Assembly: GCA_040387495.1 (NCBI GenBank)
Contig: JAZKDQ010000003.1
Span: 62,001 to 126,000 of the forward strand
Direction of reading: 5' to 3'
DNA: 64,000 nt
Source: Pseudomonadota bacterium
Lineage (GTDB): Bacteria > Pseudomonadota > Alphaproteobacteria > Paracaedibacterales > CAIOTO01
The translations under genes were made by a program, and so were the position numbers. Position 1 is the first letter of the stretch. The number at the start of each line of letters is the position of its first letter. Below the pieces are notes generated by a model that saw nothing but the letters and a program-made list of their open reading frames with translations, was not told where the DNA came from and searched no databases. Positions 39,107-48,607 of this stretch are shown here, in pieces.

Positions 39107-40390
39107 TTAGCAAACACATTGGCCAGCAGGAACTCCGCTCGTTAAGCATGGGCATGGTTTAGTTGTTGTAGTTGCCGCACCAGCCGTGCTGGTGCCGCTT
39201 GCAACTGTTGTCGTTTGAGCGGAGCGTGCAGCCGCAGCTGCAGCTGCAGCTTGACTCGCTTCGCTTTGAAGCACATTCTTGTCCGCCATATATTGCATTG
39301 CTTGGTGAACGGCTTGTTGTGCTGCTTGCTGGGCGATCTGCTGTGATACTTGCTGAGCAGCTTCTTGTGCTACAAGCTGATTTACTTGCTGTGCAGCTGA
39401 TTGGGAAGCTTGTTGTGCAAGTTGTTGTGCAATAGCGGGTGACTGTGTTGCTAATTGTTGGGCGATTTGCTGGGCGACTTGCTGATTTGCTTGTGCTGCT
39501 GCTTGTGCTGCAATTTGAGGTGCAATTTGCTTTGTTAATTGATCTGTTGTTTGTTGACCTACTTGCTGTGCAATTTGCTGTACCATTTGTGGTGATTGAT
39601 GCGCTAGCTCTTGCGCCACTTGCGTTGATGCTTGTGTCGCTACTTGTGTTGCTACTTGTTGTGATATTTGTGATGCAGCTTGCTGTGCTTGCTGAGTAAC
39701 TTGCTGGGTTATTTGAGCTGGAATTTGCTGAGCGACAAGTTGAGTTGCTTGCTGGGCAGCTTGCTGCGCAATTTGTTGTGCGACTTGCGGCGATTGTTGA
39801 GTTAGTTGTTGTGTTACTTGTTGTGCTGCTTGCTGAGCGACAAGTTGTGTTGCTTGTTGCGTCACTTGCTGGGTCACTTGAGTTGCGGCTTGCTGTGCTA
39901 CTTGTTGCGCAGCTTGCTGTGCTACTTGCTGAGTGATCTGTTGTGCTATTTGTTGTGATGCTTGTTGCGCTGCTTGCTGTGCAATTTGTTGTATAACAGC
40001 TGCAGCTTGTTGAGATAACGCTTGTGCCACTTGTTGTGAAGCAATTTGTGCTACTTGTTGCGTCGCAATTTGTGAAATTTGTTGAGTTACTTGTGAGGCG
40101 GCTTGTTGTGCCACTTGTTGGTTCACTTGTTGTGTGATATATGGCACCACTTGAGCCTGAATATCTTGCACCGCTTGTAGAGTTGTAGCAGATGAAACAG
40201 CCGAGCCAGCACTTGTAGCGTTAGCTGGAGTGCCTGTGGGAAGCACCGCTACCGTTGTCGTTGGGGCCGCTGTTGATATACTTGATATTCCTGAGGAAGC
40301 CGTTGTTCCTGCAGTGCTTGTATTAACACCAAATGCTAAAATCGAAAGGCATAATGCAGTCGATAATTTTGAGTTGTATCTAAAAATCAT
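39107..40390 (-). CDS. Secreted Gln/Ala-rich tetrad-repeat protein with C-terminal Cys cluster
   Basis: Signal peptide; Ser/Thr linker; ~290 aa of (V/I/A)(A/T)QQ repeats; ends CPCLTSGVPAGQCVC. Confidence 0.85.
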   Translation of the reverse strand: MIFRYNSKLSTALCLSILAFGVNTSTAGTTASSGISSISTAAPTTTVAVLPTGTPANATSAGSAVSSATTLQAVQDIQAQVVPYITQQVNQQVAQQAASQVTQQISQIATQQVAQIASQQVAQALSQQAAAVIQQIAQQAAQQASQQIAQQITQQVAQQAAQQVAQQAATQVTQQVTQQATQLVAQQAAQQVTQQLTQQSPQVAQQIAQQAAQQATQLVAQQIPAQITQQVTQQAQQAASQISQQVATQVATQASTQVAQELAHQSPQMVQQIAQQVGQQTTDQLTKQIAPQIAAQAAAQANQQVAQQIAQQLATQSPAIAQQLAQQASQSAAQQVNQLVAQEAAQQVSQQIAQQAAQQAVHQAMQYMADKNVLQSEASQAAAAAAAARSAQTTTVASGTSTAGAATTTTKPCPCLTSGVPAGQCVC

Positions 40391-40545
40391 TTTTTGTTCA
40401 CCTAAAAAGATGTTGTTCTCAACTCTAATTTCAACAAAAATGTATTAACAAATCGTAAAAAATAGAATTAATTAATCAAAATAATTTCAGGCTTTTAAAA
40501 TAATTGATGTTTATTTTTAGATTTAGTGGAAAAATGCTAACTGAT

Positions 40546-41925
40546 TTACACTTCAAATTTGAGTGGAGAGTCAATTAATCCATTAAGTAATTCGCGCAAG
40601 TGTTCTTTTAGACGTGATAAGCCTTCTTCTGAAAAGCTTTCAAAACGGGCTACTAAAATAGGAGTGGTGTTTGATGCTCTAAGAAGCCACCAACCATCTT
40701 TTGTTTTTAAGCGAATGCCATCAATAGCGCAAAAATCAATAGACGCATTATTTAGTTTATTCTTAATAGTTTCAATTACACCAAATTTTTCTGTATCAGG
40801 GGATGGAATTTTTATTTCTGGAGATGCATAAAAGCGGGGGATTAAATCAAGAAATTCTCCAATATCATAGCCAAGCGATGTTAATTCCAATATGCGTATT
40901 GCTGCATAAATACCATCATCAAATCCATAATAGCGATCTTTGAAAAAGAAATGTCCACTCATCTCGCCACCAAAAATAGCGCCTATTTTGGGCATAATTG
41001 ACTTGAAATGCGAATGACCTGTAGGCGACATAATCGCTTGTCCGCCAGCGGCTTCAACGGAATCAAAAAGAAGCTGACTCGTTTTTACATCTGCAACAAT
41101 GGTCGCCCCTGGATTTGTTTTAAGGATTGCCATCGCAAAAAAGAGTGTGAGTTGATCTCCCCAAATAACGCGGCCTTGGCGATCAATAATTCCCAATCGA
41201 TCACCGTCACCATCAAAGGCAAGCCCTAGGTCAAGCTTTTCGCTCTTAACGCGCTTGATTAATTCTTCTAAGTTGGCTGGGTCTGCCGGATCTGGATGAT
41301 GATTTGGAAAATTCCCATCAATTTCGGAGTAAAGCAATTGCACATGAATTGTTGATGGAAGCTTTTTCGCAAGAATCTCCATGACTTCACCAGTCGCACC
41401 GTTGCCACAATCAATGCCAACACGAAGGGCAATATCACCCCACTTTAAATCCTTGAGAAGGCGCTGTATGTATGCTGCCATAACACAAATTGATGAAACT
41501 TTGCCCGGTGTTTCAATCGGAACATTGTTTAATGTTTCATCATTAAGATTTTGAATATCATTTCCGAAAAAAGGACGATCTGCGAGTGTGATTTTAAAGC
41601 CATTATCCGCTGGTGGATTGTGCGAACCCGTTATCATAATGCCAGCGTCAAGACCTAGTTGCTGAACGGCAAAGTAGAGCATAGGTGTTGGGCCGCGCCC
41701 GATGTCGGTGACATCAATCCCTTTTGATAAAAGACCTTCGATAAGCCCATCGCGAAGCGTTGGTGAACTTAAACGCCCATCATAACCTATCACAATCGTT
41801 GACTTGTCATTTAAAGCAAGCCAGGCACCAAATTGCTTTCCAATTGTTAGGGCAACATCGCGGGAGAGTGTTGTGCCAAAGGTTCCCCTTATGTCGTATG
41901 CGCGGAGGATCGTGGATTCAATCAT
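40546..41925 (-). CDS. Phosphomannomutase/phosphoglucomutase (AlgC/ExoC type)
   Basis: RAYDIRG, ITGSHNP, FDGDGDR, GEMSGH, LLRASNT. Confidence 0.96.
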   Translation of the reverse strand: MIESTILRAYDIRGTFGTTLSRDVALTIGKQFGAWLALNDKSTIVIGYDGRLSSPTLRDGLIEGLLSKGIDVTDIGRGPTPMLYFAVQQLGLDAGIMITGSHNPPADNGFKITLADRPFFGNDIQNLNDETLNNVPIETPGKVSSICVMAAYIQRLLKDLKWGDIALRVGIDCGNGATGEVMEILAKKLPSTIHVQLLYSEIDGNFPNHHPDPADPANLEELIKRVKSEKLDLGLAFDGDGDRLGIIDRQGRVIWGDQLTLFFAMAILKTNPGATIVADVKTSQLLFDSVEAAGGQAIMSPTGHSHFKSIMPKIGAIFGGEMSGHFFFKDRYYGFDDGIYAAIRILELTSLGYDIGEFLDLIPRFYASPEIKIPSPDTEKFGVIETIKNKLNNASIDFCAIDGIRLKTKDGWWLLRASNTTPILVARFESFSEEGLSRLKEHLRELLNGLIDSPLKFEV

Positions 41926-41971
41926 GAGGATTCTTCTTTAAAGGAAAATGGAGTTAGTACGGTAAAATACC

Positions 41972-42015
41972 CTTGTAATCTAGCCTACAACACCCTAATT
42001 TGCAAGAATGTATGA
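41972..42015 (+). repeat. 44-bp direct repeat, copy 1 (contains sigma70-like promoter)
   Basis: CTTGTAATCTAGCCTACAACACCCTAATTTGCAAGAATGTATGA; 38/44 identical to 43007-43050. Confidence 0.9.
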
Positions 42016-42036
42016 CAGACTTTGTTTCTTGGAAGA

Positions 42037-42933
42037 TTACAGCCTACATTTGAAATCTTTAATAACTTCATCAATAGTATGCCAAGCTTGTGCAGCTTCG
42101 ACAGCATTTGTTTCAACAAGACCAGCAGCTACAATCAAAGCTTTCCATAATGCCCAACCACGACCGCGAGCCCATGTGCCAGCATCTAAAGGAAGCGTTT
42201 CACGAAAGATTTCTCTGCTTTTCTTTTGAAAGAATTTCCAAGCGATTGCTAGATCGCAAGCAGGGTCGCCAATCCCTAGGCCTCCAAAATCAATGACAGC
42301 ACTCAACTTTCCGTCTTGTACTAACAAGTTGCCTGAGCTGACGTCGCCGTGGACCCATACTGGTGAGTTTTGCCAGGTGGTTTCAAGCGCTTTTTCCCAG
42401 ATATCAATAGCAGCTACGGCATCAATCTTATTTTTTAGCACAGCGATTGCTTGGCGTGTTTCAGAATCGTAGGTTGCAAGAACACCTATTTGAGAAAAAC
42501 TCTGTGGTTCCTGAGGTCCACCCGTTGTGTCTATACTTTGTAGCTCAATAAGAAATTGTGCGAGGCTAATGGCGAAATTGTCGAGATCGGCTATGTACCC
42601 ACATGCAGCGGTTTCACCTTCTATCCATCGATAAATGGACCACCGCCATGGATAGTTTGCAGCTGGTTCTCCTATTGCTAAAGGTTCTGGAATTGGAAGT
42701 GGTAGTAAAGGTGATAATATCGGTAGCCACTTTTGTTCCTTTTTAACTTTTAGTGAATATTCTTCAGCGCTTGGCATACGCACAAGCATATGTTTGCCTA
42801 AGTGAAAAGTCCGATTGTCCCATCCCCCGATTGCCACGGGCTGTACAGGCAGGTCCTTCCATTGAGGAAATTGGCTTTCAACTAAGTGCCGCACAAGAGC
42901 TGTGTTAATATTTACACCTTCACTTTTTTCCAT
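42037..42933 (-). CDS. Aminoglycoside phosphotransferase (APH)-family kinase
   Basis: QFPQW, GWDNRTF.LG, RMP, HGDVSSGN, IDFG, GDPACDL; start at ATG 42933 (AGGA RBS) preferred. Confidence 0.92.
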   Translation of the reverse strand: MEKSEGVNINTALVRHLVESQFPQWKDLPVQPVAIGGWDNRTFHLGKHMLVRMPSAEEYSLKVKKEQKWLPILSPLLPLPIPEPLAIGEPAANYPWRWSIYRWIEGETAACGYIADLDNFAISLAQFLIELQSIDTTGGPQEPQSFSQIGVLATYDSETRQAIAVLKNKIDAVAAIDIWEKALETTWQNSPVWVHGDVSSGNLLVQDGKLSAVIDFGGLGIGDPACDLAIAWKFFQKKSREIFRETLPLDAGTWARGRGWALWKALIVAAGLVETNAVEAAQAWHTIDEVIKDFKCRL

Positions 42934-43006
42934 TTGATTATTTCCTGACGACATATATTTTTTGTTTTTGCATTCGACAAATATGAGATGAAGAGTACGC
43001 CTCACG

Positions 43007-43050
43007 CTTGTAATCTATCGCACAAAACCTTAATTTGAAAGAATGTATGA
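43007..43050 (+). repeat. 44-bp direct repeat, copy 2; probable trmL promoter
   Basis: CTTGTAATCTATCGCACAAAACCTTAATTTGAAAGAATGTATGA; TTGTAA-17 nt-TAATTT. Confidence 0.9.
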
Positions 43051-43069
43051 TTTATATGAAGTTCTTACA

Positions 43070-43543
43070 ATGCTACGACTCGCACTTTTTAGACCAGAAA
43101 TACCACAAAATACAGGAACGTTGATGCGTCTAGGCGCATGCCTTGATGTGCCGATTGATTTAATTGAACCATGTAGTTTTGTGATTGATGATAAACGATT
43201 AAAACGTGCGGGTATGGATTACCGTGAACAGACAAATTTGACACAGCATGCTGATATTGATGCCTTTTGGCAAGCGCGGAAAGATAATCGTGTGATTTTG
43301 CTGGATGTTAAGGGTGAGCATTCCTTTTATGACTTTAAATTTAAAGCCGGTGATACGCTAATGGTGGGCCGCGAGAGTGATGGCGTGCCAGTCGATGTTT
43401 TTGATGCTTGCGCAGCAAGTGTCCATATTCCTATGAATCTGCAGTGCCGATCATTAAATGTTGCTATTGCGGCCGCTATGGTGATAGCAGAGGCTATGAG
43501 ACAGTTAATGATACAGAAAATAGATAGCCTCTATACAAATTGA
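43070..43543 (+). CDS. trmL: tRNA (cytidine/uridine-34-2'-O)-methyltransferase TrmL
   Basis: PEIPQNTG, L.RAGMDY, GRESDGVP, IPM....RSLNVA. Confidence 0.95.
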   Translation: MLRLALFRPEIPQNTGTLMRLGACLDVPIDLIEPCSFVIDDKRLKRAGMDYREQTNLTQHADIDAFWQARKDNRVILLDVKGEHSFYDFKFKAGDTLMVGRESDGVPVDVFDACAASVHIPMNLQCRSLNVAIAAAMVIAEAMRQLMIQKIDSLYTN

Positions 43544-43657
43544 ACCCAGAATGCGTTAAATTCCCCGCCGCTTGCAGCGAACTGTCTTCATGAGCCAGTA
43601 CATCCGTAAACTGACACCCACTTGATACCACGCTGCTTGCGGTGTGGTGGTTCATTT
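43540..43657. mobile_element. Non-autonomous IS200/IS605-type miniature element (two GC-rich end hairpins)
   Basis: AAATTCCCCGCCGCTTGCAGCG near left end; GATACCACGCTGCTTGCGGTGTGGTGGTTCATT at right end; resembles HUH-transposase end hairpins. Confidence 0.6.
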
Positions 43658-43920
43658 GAAAGTATTTAATAAATTCGAAACCACTTAATAATGTTTCTGA
43701 TGCTATCTTAGTTGTCTGCTTGGGACCAGTTTTATGCTCTAGTGGCATAATTATAGTTCAAAAATGAGTCCAATTATAACTATTTGAAAATTTGTGACAG
43801 AGTCCTCAAAGAATTTCATAATTCAGCAACCCGTATTTTTTACGTATATTGAGAAAATAAGAAAAACTATATTTTCTAGTATTGTTAATCTTGTTTTTTA
43901 ATAAAAAGGAATATTTGGTT

Positions 43921-45150
43921 GTGAGAAAATACACGATGTTAGTATTGGCACTTACAGGCGTCACAACTTCTGTATCTGCTACAGAAAACATGTTTAGTGC
44001 ACATGAATGTAAACAAGAACGAAGAATTGAGCCTGTTCGAGCATTTAATTTTGAATTTCACGGAGAATCAGTTCGTATTCTTCCAAGTGACGATGAATAT
44101 ACATATATTTCGGCATCAGGTAATACAGATGCTCTTAAAAATCTTAAATTTAATGTATCGGGCAATACATTGTCTCTTGGTGAACCGTTGGATCAGGCAA
44201 CAGGTGACACAAAGATAACGAATTTGAAGATACATAATACTGGCAATAGAACTTTTGTAAGCGCTGACAACATTAATTCAAGAGTTTATACTTTATCCAA
44301 TACGTCCCAAATGCAAAACATTGAAGCAGACGTGTATTTAGAAGGTTCTGGCACGTGTCTTACTTTTCTGTCTAATAGGAAAGGATGTACGCTGCAAATG
44401 GCAAAAACGGTTGGTGGATGGCTTATGAGTGGTCAAATCACAAGTGGTCAACTTGAATATAAAGGCGTGGTCTAACCACAAGGTTCAATATTTGAAAATG
44501 GAAAATGCATTAACCATCCATCAAGAAAAAATCTTGTAATGCCCATTGTAACAAAAATATCTGAAGAAGCGCCAATACCACTTACGCTTACAATTAGAAC
44601 GCCTACAAATACATCCATTACAGCAAAAACATCAGCACCTGATTTTTATATCCAAGAGTTACATGCCAATGTGAATCTTAATTTATCAAAAGATTGTAAA
44701 GCCGCTATTGATGTTCTGGAAGGCGATATTGCCGCAACTTTATATGGTAATTCACAGTTCGGCGTTCGAAAATATATACCTGTATCGGAACCGAAATTAG
44801 AACTCTATGGAGATACTCAGGCTGAGATTCTTTGCGAAAACTCTGATAATAACTTATTGTCAGATCTTGACGTTAGTACATATGCTAACGCAATCGTGTC
44901 TTTGAATAATGTTGCTGTTGCTTCTGCAACTTTAAAGCTTTTTGGTAAATCTAAAATGAATTTAGAAGCTGAAACACAATTAATACATAATTTAAAGACA
45001 AGTACTTATGCTCAATCAGATTTACATGTAAATCAAAAGGTCAGCCGTTCAGAGTCTGATGCATTTGGTAGTTCGACTACTTTATTCACTAAAGAAGTTA
45101 AAAACCTAAAAAAGTCGCAATATGATTCAGGTCGTATCGATCAACAATAG
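43921..45150 (+). pseudogene. Secreted GIN-domain (DUF2807-like) beta-helix protein split by one in-frame TAA
   Basis: Track ORFs 43882-44475 and 44539-45150 are in the same frame, separated only by TAA 44473-44475 and 21 sense codons; signal peptide; repeated L.G.S/T.YA.S beta-helix pattern. Confidence 0.7.
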
Positions 45151-45229
45151 TTAATATTGTATCTATCCTAAATCGATTTGTATGTTGATTAACGATGGGT
45201 ATACACATGTTTGATTTTTTTGTAAATAT

Positions 45230-45279
45230 ATAGTATTGGAGTGAATTGAAACATAATTCTTCCATACTATTATTTTTTT
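45230..45279 (+). terminator. Probable terminator after GIN-domain gene
   Basis: ATAGTATTGGA...TCCATACTAT imperfect stem followed by T7. Confidence 0.45.
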
Positions 45280-45367
45280 CTAGCAATCCAGAGATTTAAT
45301 AATAATATTCACCCTTGATTTTTCCATAGATCGTAATTACTTATAGATTGTTGATTGTTAGAACTAT

Positions 45368-46117
45368 GTGAAAGCAAGTATGATGAATTTTTCCACATCG
45401 CAGTTAATTAAGCAGCAGAGTGATTCATTGAAAGAAAGTTTTTCATCTTTACAAAACTTTCCCGGCATAGCTGTTGTTAAAGATGTGCATTCGAGGTGTG
45501 TCGTCGTAAGTGACCATCTTGCGCATTTAGTTGGGTTAAAAAGTTACGATCTCTACGAAGAACAATCTGATTATGACGTTCCTTGTAACACTTCTAGTCT
45601 AGCAGACACGTTTGTGCAATGTGATCAAGAAGCAATCAGCAAAAAAAGAGAAGTATTAACATTAGACATTTGTGAATACATTTCTGGCTGGAAAGCATTG
45701 CTTTCAAACAAAAAACCAATACAAAATGTTAATGGTGATATTACCGGTGTGTTTGGGCAAGCAATAGATATAACTAATAGTAGTATGTTCAAATGGTGCC
45801 TGTCTTTGATGGCAGTTGATCATAAAATAGCAGGAAGCTCTAGGGAACAAAAGATTTATATGTTGAATAGTGAGTGTGCATCGTTGCAACTTACGTCAAG
45901 GCAACAATCATTTTTGTTTTGGTTGATTAGAGGAAAATCTGTAAAAGAGATTGCATCTATATTGAATATATCTGTCAGAACAGCAGAAGAACATTCCGCT
46001 GCAATCAAAACAAGACTAATGTGTAATAGTCGATCTCAAGTGATTGAAAAAGCAATTAATAGTGGTTTTCTAAATTTTATTCCAGGAGATGTGTTAGGCT
46101 CTGCCCCTAAAAACTAA
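45368..46117 (+). CDS. PAS-domain LuxR-family transcriptional regulator (LuxR solo)
   Basis: N-terminal PAS4-like (KD..SR, DYD.PC, KKPI....G.I.GV); C-terminal LTSRQ...L...G.SVKEIA.ILNIS.RT.E.H. Confidence 0.88.
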   Translation: MKASMMNFSTSQLIKQQSDSLKESFSSLQNFPGIAVVKDVHSRCVVVSDHLAHLVGLKSYDLYEEQSDYDVPCNTSSLADTFVQCDQEAISKKREVLTLDICEYISGWKALLSNKKPIQNVNGDITGVFGQAIDITNSSMFKWCLSLMAVDHKIAGSSREQKIYMLNSECASLQLTSRQQSFLFWLIRGKSVKEIASILNISVRTAEEHSAAIKTRLMCNSRSQVIEKAINSGFLNFIPGDVLGSAPKN

Positions 46118-46238
46118 GACACCTAAGCCTGACGACTAAAGTAAACTCACCTTTGTATATAAGTTATTTTGTCATAGTGTGTTGCGATGCACCGATATTT
46201 TTTAATAGGGAGTGTTTATAGGATCGTGTCATCAACCT

Positions 46239-46595
46239 TTAGCTAAGTGTTTCCATCACTTCTTCCAACGAAATCCCCTCAAGTGTAAAACTTTTTAATC
46301 GATGGGTTCCGCCTGATGTAAGGGAAATACATGACTTTGGCAAAGACAACGCTTTTGCTAAAAGTGCAATGATTGCTTTGTTGGCTTGATTATCTTCTGG
46401 TGCAGCCGTTACGTACACCTTTAGGTAAGCACGTCCACCAGCATCTAATGCAACAACATCAATACGCTCTTTTGCTGCTTTTGGTGTGGCGCGCACAAAT
46501 AGTTCAACACCATCTTTTGTGGCGCGAAAAGGCTGAGCCGAAGGCTCAGAAATGGGAAAAATAGGTTCATCAAATAGTGAGCGTTGCTTGCTCAC
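46239..46595 (-). CDS. yggU: DUF167 (YggU/UPF0235) family protein
   Basis: VRATPKA, LKVYVTAAPED..AN.A, SGGT.R.K. Confidence 0.9.
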   Translation of the reverse strand: MSKQRSLFDEPIFPISEPSAQPFRATKDGVELFVRATPKAAKERIDVVALDAGGRAYLKVYVTAAPEDNQANKAIIALLAKALSLPKSCISLTSGGTHRLKSFTLEGISLEEVMETLS

Positions 46596-46921
46596 ATCAT
46601 AGCCTTAGTTTGCTGGTATGCCCACACAGAGTAGGCTTTGTTTGCTTCTGCTGGCCAACTGAGCATGGCTGGAATTTGGTAAGGGTGCCATGCTTTTATT
46701 GCTTCATAGGCAAAAGCATAATGATCCTCAGGAATTTTTATTAAAAGGCCAATTTCAGTAGATATTTTTAGTTCTCCACCTTCTAGAAACATAGCTGTGT
46801 GTGGAGACATAATGTTTATACATGCAGCAAGTTTTGATTCAACAACCTTTTTGGCAAGGTCTTGTGCATCATCAGCTGATCCAACCGTTGTGTACATCAT
46901 CACCATGTTCAGGTCGGACAT
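46592..46921 (-). CDS. cutA: Divalent-cation tolerance protein CutA
   Basis: YTT, LAACINI, HPYQIP. Confidence 0.9.
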   Translation of the reverse strand: MSDLNMVMMYTTVGSADDAQDLAKKVVESKLAACINIMSPHTAMFLEGGELKISTEIGLLIKIPEDHYAFAYEAIKAWHPYQIPAMLSWPAEANKAYSVWAYQQTKAMM

Positions 46922-46933
46922 AAATTAAGTTCC

Positions 46934-47572
46934 TTATACGTAGTCAGGCTGATTTTCAGGCAAGGCCTTTTGAAAAGCATCCAATTGCAAACATGTTGAT
47001 TCAATGGCCCGTAGAATAGGATAGCAATCTAATTTAACATCAAAGCGACGTGCGTTGTATAGTTGAGGAATTAAGCAAAGTTCAACTAAAGACACTGAAT
47101 CCGTCAAAGCATAGCGTGTTTGTTTGCTTTTTGAAATCATTTCTTCGAGTGGAGTGAATATTTGATGGAACCAGTGATGCATCCAAGACATGATTTGTGT
47201 GTCATCAAACTGTGCATGTTCCCGTAAATAGATCAGTATTTTTAAATTATTAAGTGGATGTAAGTCACAAGTTAGGCTAAGTGCAATTTCAAGTGCTTTC
47301 GCACGCAGCGCCTGATCTTTTGGATAGAGTGCAGGTTCTGGATGAAGATTTTCTAAGTAATCTAAAATGGCAAGCGATTGAGATATTTTTACATTACCAT
47401 CAATGAGATATGGAACGGCTTGAAAGGAATTAATATTCTGAAATGCTTCTGATTTTTGCTCTTCCTTGCGCAAGTTTACCGCGCGATAGTCAAAGGGAAT
47501 CTGTTTAAGATGCAATGCAATACGTACGCGATAGGAAGCAGAAGAACGATAATAATTGTAGAGCTGAATCAT
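46934..47572 (-). CDS. maiA: Maleylacetoacetate isomerase (GST zeta class)
   Basis: YYRSSASYRVRIAL, SQSLAILDYL, D.HPLNNL, CLIPQ.YNARRF, A.PENQPD. Confidence 0.93.
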   Translation of the reverse strand: MIQLYNYYRSSASYRVRIALHLKQIPFDYRAVNLRKEEQKSEAFQNINSFQAVPYLIDGNVKISQSLAILDYLENLHPEPALYPKDQALRAKALEIALSLTCDLHPLNNLKILIYLREHAQFDDTQIMSWMHHWFHQIFTPLEEMISKSKQTRYALTDSVSLVELCLIPQLYNARRFDVKLDCYPILRAIESTCLQLDAFQKALPENQPDYV

Positions 47573-48477
47573 GCTGCTTTGCGTTCTTCTATTATAACGG
47601 ATGGATTAATTTCAAATTTTTTGCGCATTGGAAATTGATTGACAACAAGACCAATGAAGATTAAACCGCAGGCAGCTATTGTTTGAAGTGACATTGTATC
47701 GCCTAAAAAAAACCAACTTGATGCCATGCCCACAATCGGAATAAGAAGGGCATAAGGTGCTACAACTGTGGGTGAATATTCTTTAATCAGATACGCTTGT
47801 ATTGTTCCTCCAATCCAGGTTGCAAAGACAATTACAAAAAATAATGAAGCGTATCCTTTTATGGTTAATCCTTGTAATGATGTAAGAACTGTCTCTGTTC
47901 CTTCAATGTAATATGAACAAACGAAGTTTGGTATTGGCGCGAATAGAGAGGACCATACGATAAATCCAAAACTGTTTGCTGACCCTGCTAATTTAAGACA
48001 AAGATTAGCAGTTGCCCAAAAGAGAGCCCCTAATAAGATTGTCAAGAATGCTGAGAACGGTATCATATGTTGATCCAAACTAAGTGCAACAAGGTACATT
48101 CCCAAAATGGAAATTGAGACGCCAGCAATTTGTTGTTTGCTTTGTTTAATGTCGAGCACGTAGTGAGACAAGATAAGAGCAAAGACAATATGCGTTTGTA
48201 AAATGATAGAAGTAAGGCCTCCTGTAATGCCAAGGTTCATTCCTTTAAACATGCATGCAAAAGATAAGAATCCTTGCATGAATCCAAAACCAATAAGATA
48301 GAGCCAAGATGTTTTTGGTTTGGGAATAAAGAAAACCAATGGAACAGCAACAAGTAAAAACCGCATGCCACTAAAGAGGAACTGTGGCATTTCTGTAAGT
48401 CCTATTTTTAAAACAACAAAGTTGAATCCCCATAAAATAGCAACAAGGGCAGCAAGGAAAGCGTGATTTAGACTCAT
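47569..48477 (-). CDS. EamA/DMT-family transporter
   Basis: LWGFNFVV.K.GL, RF, two EamA repeats, VAPY.LL.P. Confidence 0.9.
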   Translation of the reverse strand: MSLNHAFLAALVAILWGFNFVVLKIGLTEMPQFLFSGMRFLLVAVPLVFFIPKPKTSWLYLIGFGFMQGFLSFACMFKGMNLGITGGLTSIILQTHIVFALILSHYVLDIKQSKQQIAGVSISILGMYLVALSLDQHMIPFSAFLTILLGALFWATANLCLKLAGSANSFGFIVWSSLFAPIPNFVCSYYIEGTETVLTSLQGLTIKGYASLFFVIVFATWIGGTIQAYLIKEYSPTVVAPYALLIPIVGMASSWFFLGDTMSLQTIAACGLIFIGLVVNQFPMRKKFEINPSVIIEERKAA

Positions 48478-48591
48478 GGCGGAAACTCAACGATAAGTGA
48501 AGTATTTATCTTATATGTGTTTACTCTAAACCGATTTTTCAAGTTTTTAAATAAAATTAACTTAAGAAAAAGAAGTTTATTTGCTTTCAAA

Positions 48592-48607
48592 TTAACGTTT
48601 TATTAAC
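48592..48607 (+). promoter_or_regulatory. Consensus CtrA-box
   Basis: TTAA-CGTTTTA-TTAAC in the divergent eamA/LRR intergenic region; chance matches are likely in AT-rich DNA. Confidence 0.35.

Noticed and set aside
39172..39936. Leu/Val-rich + strand ORFs resembling membrane proteins
   Set aside because: Antisense shadows of the Gln/Ala repeat codons.
39290..40170. Possible CRISPR or DNA tandem-repeat array
   Set aside because: Periodicity is at the codon level with synonymous variation; no repeat-spacer structure and no cas genes.
40445..40459. CtrA-like TTAA-N7-TAAA upstream of the Gln-rich gene
   Set aside because: One mismatch in very AT-rich DNA; not distinguishable from background without conservation data.
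43494..43748. 84-aa minus-strand ORF
   Set aside because: Largely runs through the palindromic miniature element and overlaps trmL; no protein motif.
24951..44475. Stop-codon recoding suggested by in-frame stops at 24951, 36069 and 44473
   Set aside because: TAA, TAG and TGA all end conserved core genes at their expected C-termini, and the affected genes are accessory or also frameshifted, so decay is the simpler explanation.
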